This document shows positions 48,099 to 56,951 of a stretch of 64,000 nucleotides of DNA, one piece after another (the first letter of the stretch is position 1; each line of letters starts with the position of its first letter). The notes beneath the pieces were generated by a model. The model made no database searches. It worked only from the letters and a program-made list of their open reading frames with translations, and had not been told where the DNA came from. The position numbers and the translations under genes were made by a program. Origin of the DNA: Hyaloraphidium curvatum SAG 235-1 (Eukaryota > Fungi > Monoblepharomycota); the NCBI GenBank assembly GCA_025558095.1, contig JAIVFI010000039.1, forward strand, positions 248,001 to 312,000. The letters run 5' to 3'.

Positions 48099-48219
48099 GA
48101 GGCAGCATTCGGCGTCGAGCGTCCAGCCCTCGGGGAGCAGCGAGGCAAAGGGGCGGAAGCAGGTGGGCATGCCGGCGTCGAGCTCGCGGTCGATTTCGGC
48201 GCGGATGGCGCGGAGGTCG
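48098..48219 (-). repeat. 122-bp direct duplicate of 46524-46645 (start of the methyltransferase domain)
   Basis: Near-identical sequence; encodes DAECCL instead of DSECCL. Confidence 0.95.
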
Positions 48220-48429
48220 GTTTAGTCAGAACTTTCACTCAAAAGCCCAACTATAGTGAAGGCTATGCACATTGTTGCGGAGCTACCAGCGAATCCCGGG
48301 CGGCCTGGTTGAAGCATGGCGCGTCGTACATCCAATCGAAGGCAAGGAAAGTGTGCGGTGCTGAGCCAGTTGCCGCTGACGTTGGTGTAGGCCGCTTCCT
48401 GCAGCCGCGGCAGAAGCTCGGGAATGACG

Positions 48430-49185
48430 AGCCGCATCGATGGCCGTCGCGTGGGCCCAGCGGCTGATGGAATGCCTCGCGTCTGCATTGGCACGGCAGG
48501 GATCAGCCTCGGAGCACCGGCATCCGCCCCGGCGCGACGCACCGTCGACGGCCTTTGCGGCCAGCAGCAGCGACACGGCCGTCACCGCGTAGTGCGACCC
48601 CACCGCGAAGCTCGCCTCGGTCCTGACCCTCCGCCTCAGTTCCCGCACGTAATCCATCGCCCGCGACACCACGTACGCCGACGGCCTCGCGTGCGCGAGG
48701 AGCCGCCCCAGGTACGCGGCGAAGGCGGGCTGGTCGGAGGAAAAGAGCGTCGGGTGCCTCGCGTGCGCCCCCGCGGCGGAGGGGGGGTAGCACGATGCGT
48801 AGACGGAGGAGATGATGATGGAGACGAGGAGGTCGGCGGGGTAGGTGTCGGGAGGGGGGTGCGTGCAGCACGCGGGGGGGTGCGAGCGCGAGCGGAGGTG
48901 CGAGGGGGTTGCGTGGGGCGGTGGGTGGAGGGCGGGGAGCGAAGCGAGCGCGGGTGCATCGCGTACAGGGGGTTGCGCCGGGGGAGGGAAGGGGGAGGCG
49001 TCCTCCGAGTCGTCGTCCGAGTCGACGCGCGGGGGGGAAGCGGGGTCTGGGCGCCGCAGCCAGCCCGGTGCGGGCGAGAAGCACGTGCTGTCCGGCGAGC
49101 TCCCCTCCTCCGAGGCCCCCTCGCCCCCCTCAGAAAGTCCCAGTCGCCGACGGCGGTGGCCGATGACGACGTCGAGCGGCAGCAC
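48430..49185 (-). pseudogene. 3'-truncated Pcl/Pho80-type cyclin fragment
   Basis: FAAYLGRLLAHAR...AMDYVREL...SLLLAAKAVD-DARHSISRWA, then an abrupt switch before the conserved E..FL helix. Confidence 0.65.
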
Positions 49186-49380
49186 TCCGCGTCGCCGGGG
49201 AGCGGCTGCCGGCCCCCGTGAGCGGCGGACCCGGCCTCGCGCGCCAGCAGCTGCCTGGCCTGTGGCGCGGAAGGCAGCCCGCGCAAGCGGCGGAAGCGCA
49301 TGAGCTCGCGCTTCCAGCGCTCCACCCGCGGGCGGGGTTCGCCTGGCACGGGCACAAGCGGCGCGCCGCGCGGGGTGCTG

Positions 49381-49780
49381 ATGGAGCGCGGCGCGGTGTT
49401 CCGCGCGTACCCACGGCGCTCGAGCTGCGGCGGCTGCGCGGCGCGCTCGTCGCGGGGTTCTACGCGCTGCCGGCCGGCGACCGCGAGCGGTGGCACGCGC
49501 TGCTCTTCGTGCCGCCCGCCTCGGACGCGCCCTCGCCCTACGCAGGCGCCGTGTTCCGCCTGCTGTTCGCGCTGCCCGACGACGGCCCGATCGCTGCGAC
49601 CGTGCTCAGCATGCCGTTCTTCCACCCGCTGGCGGACCCAGGCTCGGGGCGGCTGCACCTGCCGCCAAGGCTGCTGCCAGAGGGGGCGGCGCACCTGGAC
49701 GACTTGGGGCGGGTGTTGCGGCGCGCGTTTTCGGACGACTTTCTGGAGCAGCTGGAGGAGGGGGATTTGCCTTTTTCGGG
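49381..49780 (+). pseudogene. UBC/UEV (AKTIP-like) fragment with an early frameshift
   Basis: GFYALP...WHALLFV...SPYAGAVFRL...FHPLADP.SGRL. No catalytic Cys. Confidence 0.6.
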
Positions 49781-49839
49781 TGTGTGTGACCTCCGTTTGT
49801 GTTTGTGGCCAGGCGTCGTCTGATCGCCCTCGCGTCCAG

Positions 49840-50086
49840 CTCCCCGAAGCCCTTCGACCGCCACGACTGGTTCTTCGACCGCTGCGGCAAAAAGACGGTC
49901 CGCTACGTGATCGACTACTACGCCGGCCCGGACGAGGCACCCGGGCAGCCGACCTTCAGCGTGGACGTGCGGCCGGCGCTGGATTCGGCGGGGGCCGTGG
50001 CGGACAGGTTCAAGGTCGCCTTTGGGGGGCTGTACGACGGGTTCAGGGCAAAGTGGGCGGGGGCACCGACGTCCGAGTCGAAGTAG
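49840..50086 (+). pseudogene. Orphan last exon of cytochrome c/c1 heme lyase
   Basis: [13 protein letters not shown]...VRYVIDYY...DVRPALDS, preceded by a CTGAT...CAG acceptor. No 5' exons in the window. Confidence 0.85.
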
Positions 50087-50496
50087 GGGACGAGGAGGCC
50101 GCCTCGGGTACATTTCGGCGCGGAGCCGCGCCGGTTATTCGTGATTCACCATACAGTGCTTTCCATGTTTCCCATTGCGCGTCCCGTTCCGCCGCGCAGG
50201 TATCATTCCAGTCCCCTCACGTGCGCCACGACCACCATCGCGTCGTCCACGCGGATCCAGCCCCCGAAAAACAGCTCCGAGTTGCGCTCCCGGTCCGCCA
50301 ACCGTTTTGCCAGCTTCTCCAAAAGCCGGCCGTTGGTCCCCCCGCACCGCGTCCGCACCGCCGTCGGCCCGTCCTCCTCCTCCTCCTCGCCATCCGGACT
50401 ACCGGATCCGGGGGCGTGCCTCGCGGCAGCCGGCAACCCCCTCTCGTCCGCCGCGAACTCGGCCTCCCCGATCCGGTCCCACTCTTCGCCAGCCCA

Positions 50497-52348
50497 CCGC
50501 GGCGCCGCTCCGGGGGATATTTCGGACGCATTGAGGGACGCAATGGCCGACGGCGCTCGCCTCGTCTACATCTTCGGCAGCGAGGAGGCGGCAACCGACG
50601 ACGGCGGTCCCTCGCTGCCGGGATTCGCCCTGGACCGCCGCACCGTGTACGAGGCACGCACGGGGGACCTCGACTGGGCGGCGCTCGAAAAGGACGCCGT
50701 CGGCGCAGCACCGGGCATCTCCTTCGCATCGGCAGCCGCCGACGCCCCTCCGGCCGGCATCGAGGAGCTCGCCTTCGCCGCCGGCGAATGGTCGCGCTAC
50801 AAAACCGATCCATGGCTGCCCGCCGCGTGCTTCCGCAAGATGTACGGCGCCTTCCTGGCCAACTCCCTCAACAGGTCCATCGCCGACGAGGTGCTGGTCG
50901 CCGCCGCACCGTGCGGCAAGCTCTGCGGCCTCATCTCGTTCGGCGTCGACGGCACCGAGGGCAAGGTCGTCCTCCTGGCCGTCGATCCCGACCGCCGCCG
51001 CGCCGGCATCGGCAAGGCCCTCCTCGCCCGCGCCCTCCTCTGGGCGCGCGACCACGGCGCCGCCACCATCAGGGTCGTCTCGCAGGGCCGCTCCTTCCGC
51101 CTTCCCTCGCAGGCCCTGTACGAGCGCGCGGGCCTGCGCATCGCCTCGCGCACGCCCGTGCACCACGCCTGGCTGCCGCAGCACATCCTCGAGCCCGCCG
51201 CCGTGCGCGCCGACGTCGGTCCGATCCCGTTCCTCCGCCCGTACGCGGCCGGCGGGGAGCTGGCCCTGGCCGCGCGCGCGATCGGGTCGCCCGACTCGGC
51301 CGAGTTCCAATCCCGCTGCGTCGCGTTCCTCTCCTCCATGCTCGGCCCCGGCTGCGAAGCCGTGCACCTCACCCCCTCGTGCACCGCGGCCCTGGAGCTC
51401 GCCGCCCTCTGCGCAGACCTGGCCCCGGGCGACGAGGTGATCGTCCCGGCATTCACCTTCCCCACCACCGCCTCGCCGTTCGCCCTCCGCGGCGCCGTCC
51501 CCGTCTTTGTCGACGTGCAGCCCGCCACCCTCAACATCGATCCCGCGCTGGCCGAGGCCGCCGTCACCCCCCGCACCCGTGCGATCGTCGCCGTGCACTA
51601 CGCCGGCGTCCCCTGCGACATGGACGCCCTCGCATCCATCGCCGCCCGCAACGACCTGCTCCTGATCGAGGACGCCGCGCAGGCCCTCTTCTCCACCTAC
51701 AAGGGCCGCCCCGCGGGCTCCCTCGGCGACGCCGCCGCCTTCTCCTTCCACAGGACCAAGAACGTCTCGTGCGGCGAGGGCGGCGCGCTGGCCCTCCGCC
51801 GCGCGGGGATGGCCGCCGGCGCGGCCGAGGCGTGGGACAAGGGCACCGACCGCCGCGAGTTCCTCGCCGGGCGCGCGGAGACGTACCAATGGACGCGGCT
51901 GGGGTCGTCGTACGCGGTGCCCGAGACGTCGGCGGCGGTGCTGCTCGCGCAGCTGGAGCGCGGGGAGGCCGTGTGCGAGGAGAGGAGGGGTGTGTGCGGG
52001 AGGTACGCCGAGGGGCTGGCCGATCTGGTGGCCGTGGGGAGGTTCGCGGCATGCGAAGTGCCGGAGTGGTGCGAGCCCAACGGTCACATCTTCTGGATAA
52101 TGCTTCCCTCGGCGGAGGAGCGGGCGCGATACGAAAGGGTGCTGGCCGAGGCGGGCGTGTCGACGGCGCGGCACTACCAGCCGCTACACCTGTCGCCGGC
52201 GGGGCAGAGGTACGGCCGCGCGCACGGCGCGCTGCCCGTCGCGGAGAGGGCGGCGGAGGCGCTGCTGAGGCTGCCGGTGTGGCCGGGGATGAGCAGGGCA
52301 GAGGTGGCGCACGTGATCGCCGCGGTGAGGCGGGCGGCGGGGGCGTAG
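50497..52348 (+). CDS. Fusion of a WecD/RffC-like GNAT acetyltransferase and a WecE/RffA dTDP-4-amino-4,6-dideoxyhexose aminotransferase, intronless; N-terminus displaced
   Basis: GNAT: SRYKTDP...MYGAF..NS, LLAVDPDRRRAGIGKAL, VVSQ, LYERAG. Aminotransferase: LTPSCTAALE, PGDEVIVP, VHYAGVPCDMD, IEDAAQ, SFHRTKN (PLP lysine), KGTDR, GSSY, HYQPLH. Confidence 0.9.
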
Positions 52349-52396
52349 ATCCCCAGGCGGGGAGCAGGATGCGTTGGCGAGGGTACGAGGCGATGG

Positions 52397-53527
52397 TTAT
52401 GGGGGTCGCTGCCCCGTAGATCGATTTCCGCTCTTGCGCCGCGCGGAATGGGCGATCGTCCGGCCTTCCTTCTGTTCTTGTGCGGGTCCTGCTTTGTCCG
52501 AGTACCACTTCTGCAGCACCCTCCGCACAAACTCGTCCAGGTGGGCGTCCTCCGCCCGCCTCCTCTTCATGAGCTGCTCCTTCACCATGTTGAGCGTGCT
52601 TTTCGCCCAGGGGAGGTCCTCCTCGCCGTACGCGATCCCGTACTTGAACTCGTCCTCCGCGGTCGCCAACCACTCCTCCTTAGTCACCCCGGGCACCTTT
52701 TCCACGACAGCCGGGCAACCAACCGAAGCCGCTTCCACGGCGCGGTAGGTCAGCGGGTCCCGCGTGACGAACTTGGCGGCGCGCGAAAACAGCTCCAGCC
52801 TCCTCCGCTTCCCCTCGTGCGGGTCCAGCAGGAAGGCGCCACGCGCGCGGGCCTCGGCCGCGGGATCGATTTCGGGGAGCGTCACGGTGCGGTTGCCGGC
52901 GCGCCAGCCCGTCTTGCGGGCAAAGTAGATGGTCCCCTTGCGCGGCCGGTCGTCGCTCGGCAGGCCCCGCGAATAGTCGGGGTAGTGATCCGACACGCGG
53001 AGGTAGACGGGGTCCTTGTGCGCGAGCTCGGAGCAGAAGCCGGCCATGTAGCAGGCGACCATGTCCTCCCACCCATCGTAAGCCGCCGCCTGCGGGCCGC
53101 CGTTGAGCCCCGGGAAGTAGAGCATCCAGCGCACCACGCGCGGCGCCTTCAGTGGGTTGCCCTCGATGATCTCGGGGTACACCACCACGCCCTTTGCGGG
53201 ATCCAGCCACGGGGGCAGCAGCGGCGACGCGTAGCCGGGATTCGTGGCGTGCCCGCCGCCCCACGGCACCACGAACGCCGCCGAGGGCTCGCCGCGCGCC
53301 GAGTAACGCCTGTTGAGCCTGTCGACCAGCGCGTGCAGCACCGTGGTGCCGCCCGAGGACTCGGAGTACGGCGGCGCGACGACTGCGAAGAAGAGGTCCG
53401 GAGGAAGCGACGGCGGGGAGGGCGGGCAGTCGGCGCCCACTGGCGCCCGGCCGAGCACGGCAAATCCAGTGACTGCAGCCGCGACCGCTGCGGCGCCCAT
53501 GAGCGGGCGGAACCACGGCGGCGTCAT
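52397..53527 (-). CDS. Second WavQ-like glycosyltransferase-like paralog, without the methyltransferase domain
   Basis: Colinear and highly similar to the 46830-47730 region, with its own N-terminal TM segment. Confidence 0.75.
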   Translation of the reverse strand: MTPPWFRPLMGAAAVAAAVTGFAVLGRAPVGADCPPSPPSLPPDLFFAVVAPPYSESSGGTTVLHALVDRLNRRYSARGEPSAAFVVPWGGGHATNPGYASPLLPPWLDPAKGVVVYPEIIEGNPLKAPRVVRWMLYFPGLNGGPQAAAYDGWEDMVACYMAGFCSELAHKDPVYLRVSDHYPDYSRGLPSDDRPRKGTIYFARKTGWRAGNRTVTLPEIDPAAEARARGAFLLDPHEGKRRRLELFSRAAKFVTRDPLTYRAVEAASVGCPAVVEKVPGVTKEEWLATAEDEFKYGIAYGEEDLPWAKSTLNMVKEQLMKRRRAEDAHLDEFVRRVLQKWYSDKAGPAQEQKEGRTIAHSARRKSGNRSTGQRPP

Positions 53528-53606
53528 TGGCGGAACTCGCGTCGGTGATCGGCGCCCCCGCGTCCCCAGCGCGGCCGGCCGCCACCCCTTCCCTGCCCAC
53601 GATCCT

Positions 53607-53790
53607 ATTGTGCCTAAAGTGGAAGACAACAGTGCATCCAATTTCTCTCATCGCATGTCCAACTCGAAACAATTCTGTGGCACCGGTACTCGGTCTCAAT
53701 TGTGCTCTAAAGTGGAAGACAACAGTGCATCCAATTTCTCTCATCGCATGTCCAACTCGAAACAATTCTGTGGCACCGGTACTCGGTCTC
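53607..53790. repeat. Tandem duplication with a period of about 93 bp
   Basis: CTAAAGTGGAAGAC...GGTACTCGGTCTC at 53614-53697 and 53707-53790 are identical. Confidence 0.95.
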
Positions 53791-53819
53791 TTTAAAAGGC
53801 TTCCTCCCGGAAGGAACCT

Positions 53820-54978
53820 CTACGACGTGATGCAGCACCCCGAGATGAGCCCGGCAGCGGCGCTCGTTCCGCCAGGAAGTTGGCACTGGCCACCACCGGT
53901 AGCATCCGCCGCCGGGGCACCCCCTCCGGAGCAGTAGGCGGTCTCGCCGGCGGATTGCGTGACCCTGAAGTCCGTCTCACCAACGGTACCTTGGCACATC
54001 GTGGAGCCGGGGCACATATCGTACAACGCCTGATCCGTGGCACCGCTGTAGCCGACGCAGCACATGCCGACCCCGCTCGACTCGCTAAGGCAAACGCCGG
54101 TGCTGGCGCCGGAACCGCCGGGGGCCGTCTCGCCGGTCGACGCGTCGCAAGCGGTGTAGTTGGCTGCCGATCCCGAGCAAGGATGGTATTGGCCTTTCCA
54201 ATTCTCCGAGGTGCACATCGCGCGCGCGCAGCAGCCGGCAAGCATGCCGACTGTAGGATCATTGCCGCAGGCCCCGCCGCCTGACCCGACGATGCCCGTG
54301 TCGAGAGTGCAGCTGATGGGGTTGGTGTCGGCGTAGATGGCGAGATCCGTTCCGCTGACGGTGCAGGTGGTGCAGCCTATGAGGGATGATATGTAGGTCG
54401 CAGGCACGCAGCACAGGTCGCCGCCGTCGGGGAAGCAGATTCCGGAGGCGCTCGTGGCTCCGCTGATGGAAATCGATCCGTCCCCGGCATCGCATCCTCC
54501 TCCGAAAGTGCCGCCGCCGGAGCACTTGAGGTATCCTTCCATGCCGGCGCCCGCGCAGTTGGGCGATGCGGTGTAGCGGCTGTACAGGGCGTGCTTTTCT
54601 TCGGTGCCGTAGGTGACGCATGCCACGCCACCCTCTGGCGCGCCGGGGTAGCTGAACTCGCTGCGGGGCGGTGATAGGTAATGGACATAGATGGTGCAGG
54701 GTGATTAGCGGAAAAGGGTTGTGCAGTGGGTGAGCGCCGGGGCCGCGATGAGGTCGAGCGCTGCTTACCAGAAGCTTTCGGTGGCACAGGCTGAGCACTC
54801 CGTGGCAAACGTGACGGAACCGGCGTTGAGCTGTGTGGACCTGTGGGAGAGACAGAGTGAGACCGTGGTTCCTGGAGTCCGGATTTCCCGCCCACATCGC
54901 TGTTGCGACCCCGACGAGCGCTGCGAGCAAGGCGAGCGATGCGAGCAAGGCGAGCGAGACGATCGCGGCGGCGGGCAT
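53820..54978 (-). CDS. Secreted Cys/Gly-rich protein; exon structure uncertain
   Basis: Signal peptide MPAAAIVSLALLASLALLAAL. A 268-aa Cys/Gly/Ser/Thr-rich frame with repeated C...C...CC units. Confidence 0.65.
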
Positions 54979-55472
54979 TCTTGAAGCCTTTACGGGAATG
55001 GGTGAGGGAAGGGCACGCTGTCACCTCCTTCGGGACACGAAGAGGAAGGGGTATCCTCAGAGTCCCTCAAGATTCGGGCCGAAACGATACCAGCCCTCGC
55101 ACGGCCACCGTCCTTCCGTCCCCTTGTGATGTCACCAACTCTTGGACCAGGACAACAAGTGGTCTCGTCCAGACTAGGTCGGTTCGCAGGCACTTGTGAC
55201 GAAGCTCAGCTCTTTTCGCCGGTGTGAGGCAGCTGGTGGGAGGGGACAATGGGTTGCACCCGCTGCGGCCTGTGGCAACTTCGGAAACCACACAGGCCAA
55301 AACCTAACCTATCGCAATCAGACTAGATTGAATTGTCTATTCAATGCGATGCGGTCTAGTCGGCGGCATGTTTTGCAAGAGAAGAGTGCGAGATGGAATG
55401 CCATTCGTCGCCAGGCCGCGGCTGCACGGCAAACAGATTTCCCGACACCACATCGTCTTCCCCGTTTCTGCG

Positions 55473-55918
55473 ATGGCAAACGAAGCAGCGGCCCTCGCCT
55501 TCTTCGACGCGTTCGCCACGAAAGACTTGGACAAAATCTGCTCCTTCCTCGCGGACGATGCCACGATTCTGAACCACCCCACCCCGCCGGCTCAGAGTAA
55601 GGCGCAGTGGCGGGAGGGCATGGCGGGCTTCATCGGCGCCTGCAAGGAGATTGTCTTTGTCATCGATCACATCGCAACCGGTGCGGACGGCTCCGTGTTT
55701 TCCGAGCGCGTGGACAAGTTTTCAATGAACGGGAAATGGCTCGAGCTACCCGTCGTGGTGGGCTTGGCGCCTGCGGAACCTTGTTCCAAGTCGTGCTGAT
55801 TCGCAGTGGACTGCAGGGCGTAATGGAGTTCAATTCCGAAGGCAAGATCTCGGCCTGGAGAGAATTCTGGGACATGGCATCCTTCCAGAAGCAGATGGCA
55901 GCGATGACCCCTCAGTAG
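55473..55918 (+). CDS. Limonene-1,2-epoxide hydrolase-like (NTF2/SnoaL fold) protein, one intron
   Basis: VFSERVD, LELPVV-GVMEF, GKISAWREFWD. Confidence 0.85.
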
Positions 55919-56361
55919 GACAGATTCTGCTGGCGTCGAATGGACAATCGAGATTGTGGAGTGCTGTGGGACGAATCCTCGGCTCGGAGGACGGACGAAG
56001 TTAAAGGAACTTGCGGGAGACAGTCCGTGGTCTGAAACCCGGATCAACTGCAGGTCGAATAGGTTCGTGGCGAATGTCATCTGCCTTTCCATCCCAACAT
56101 TGGACGAGTTGATGATCTGTTTATGTCCGTACCAAGAGGTCGCCGTGTGGGGTCGGGAGAACGGAAGCGGCGGGCCCTGAGCCACACCTCGCCATCCCAA
56201 CCTTTCGTCAGCGTCGAAACCCCCGCTTCCCGGACCGTAAGGCACTTCGCCCGACCACCCAAGGTACGAATCGTATGCTTCTCAATGGGGGCCGCCTGGT
56301 TCCGGCTGCAATTGAGCCCGATTGACGCGCTCACACCTCCCGTCGCTAGAACTCCTTCGAA

Positions 56362-56828
56362 ATGGCCGCCGCCGAAGTTGCTACGCCCGCCGAGCCCGTC
56401 GTCGCGAAGGCCGGGCCGTACGCCGTGCCAATCGAGGAAGGCAAGACGTGCCACGGGGTGCCTGTGCGGATTCAGTATAAGAGCTGGCCTTTCTGCAGGC
56501 AAGACGTACTACTGGTGCCAGTGCGGACTGAGCAAGAACCAGCCTTTCTGCGACGGCAGCCACAAGGGTACGGATGGGCGGGTTCTTCTCACGACAATGT
56601 GCTGATGGCGCCACAGGCACGGGACTGGCGCCGAAGGCCTTCACCGCGACCGAGAGCAAGACTGCTTACCTCTGCGGCTGCAAGCAGACGGAGAACGCCC
56701 CATTCTGCGACGGCACGCACAACAAAGAGAAGGGTATCAAGGCCTGGAACAAGACGCTGCTCGCGTCGAACAACGCGCTGAAGGCGCGCGTCGCCGAACT
56801 CGAGGCTCAGCTCGCCGCCAAGTCCTAA
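56362..56828 (+). CDS. CDGSH iron-sulfur protein with two CDGSH motifs (CISD3/MiNT-like), two introns
   Basis: WCQCGLSKNQPFCDGSH and LCGCKQTENAPFCDGTH. Confidence 0.92.
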
Positions 56829-56951
56829 GGGGTCAGCCCCACTGGTTTTCACCTGACCTGTCTTTAGAGATGCTCTATCTCTTGTTAACTACAACCCTTC
56901 GGTGTAGACGCACTTTTCATTGGAGACCTCCTACATGTCTGACCAATAATC

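Noticed and set aside
50141-50496. Annotated N-terminus of the 735-aa WecD-WecE ORF
   Set aside because: It is the antisense of an inserted gene fragment. The true N-terminus appears to be at 48014.
49300-52419. 1039-aa ORF, and similar long ORFs at 45622-48225, 50399-52174, 61906-63792 and 33589-35157
   Set aside because: Arg/Pro/Gly-rich shadow frames of GC-rich real genes, with no recognisable domains.
52400-52445. RAEID-like remnant suggesting a lost methyltransferase domain in the second glycosyltransferase paralog
   Set aside because: Only about five residues match, in a shifted frame. Too weak to support.
45871-53527. Bacterial contamination as the explanation of the island
   Set aside because: The genes have eukaryotic signal anchors, are interleaved with intron-bearing eukaryotic fragments, and are not arranged as an operon. 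Read-level confirmation is still advisable.
53607-53790. Possible CRISPR array or synthetic construct (GAAGAC and GGTCTC sites in the repeat)
   Set aside because: Two adjacent long units with no unique spacers, no cas genes and no vector sequence. The 6-mers are expected by chance.
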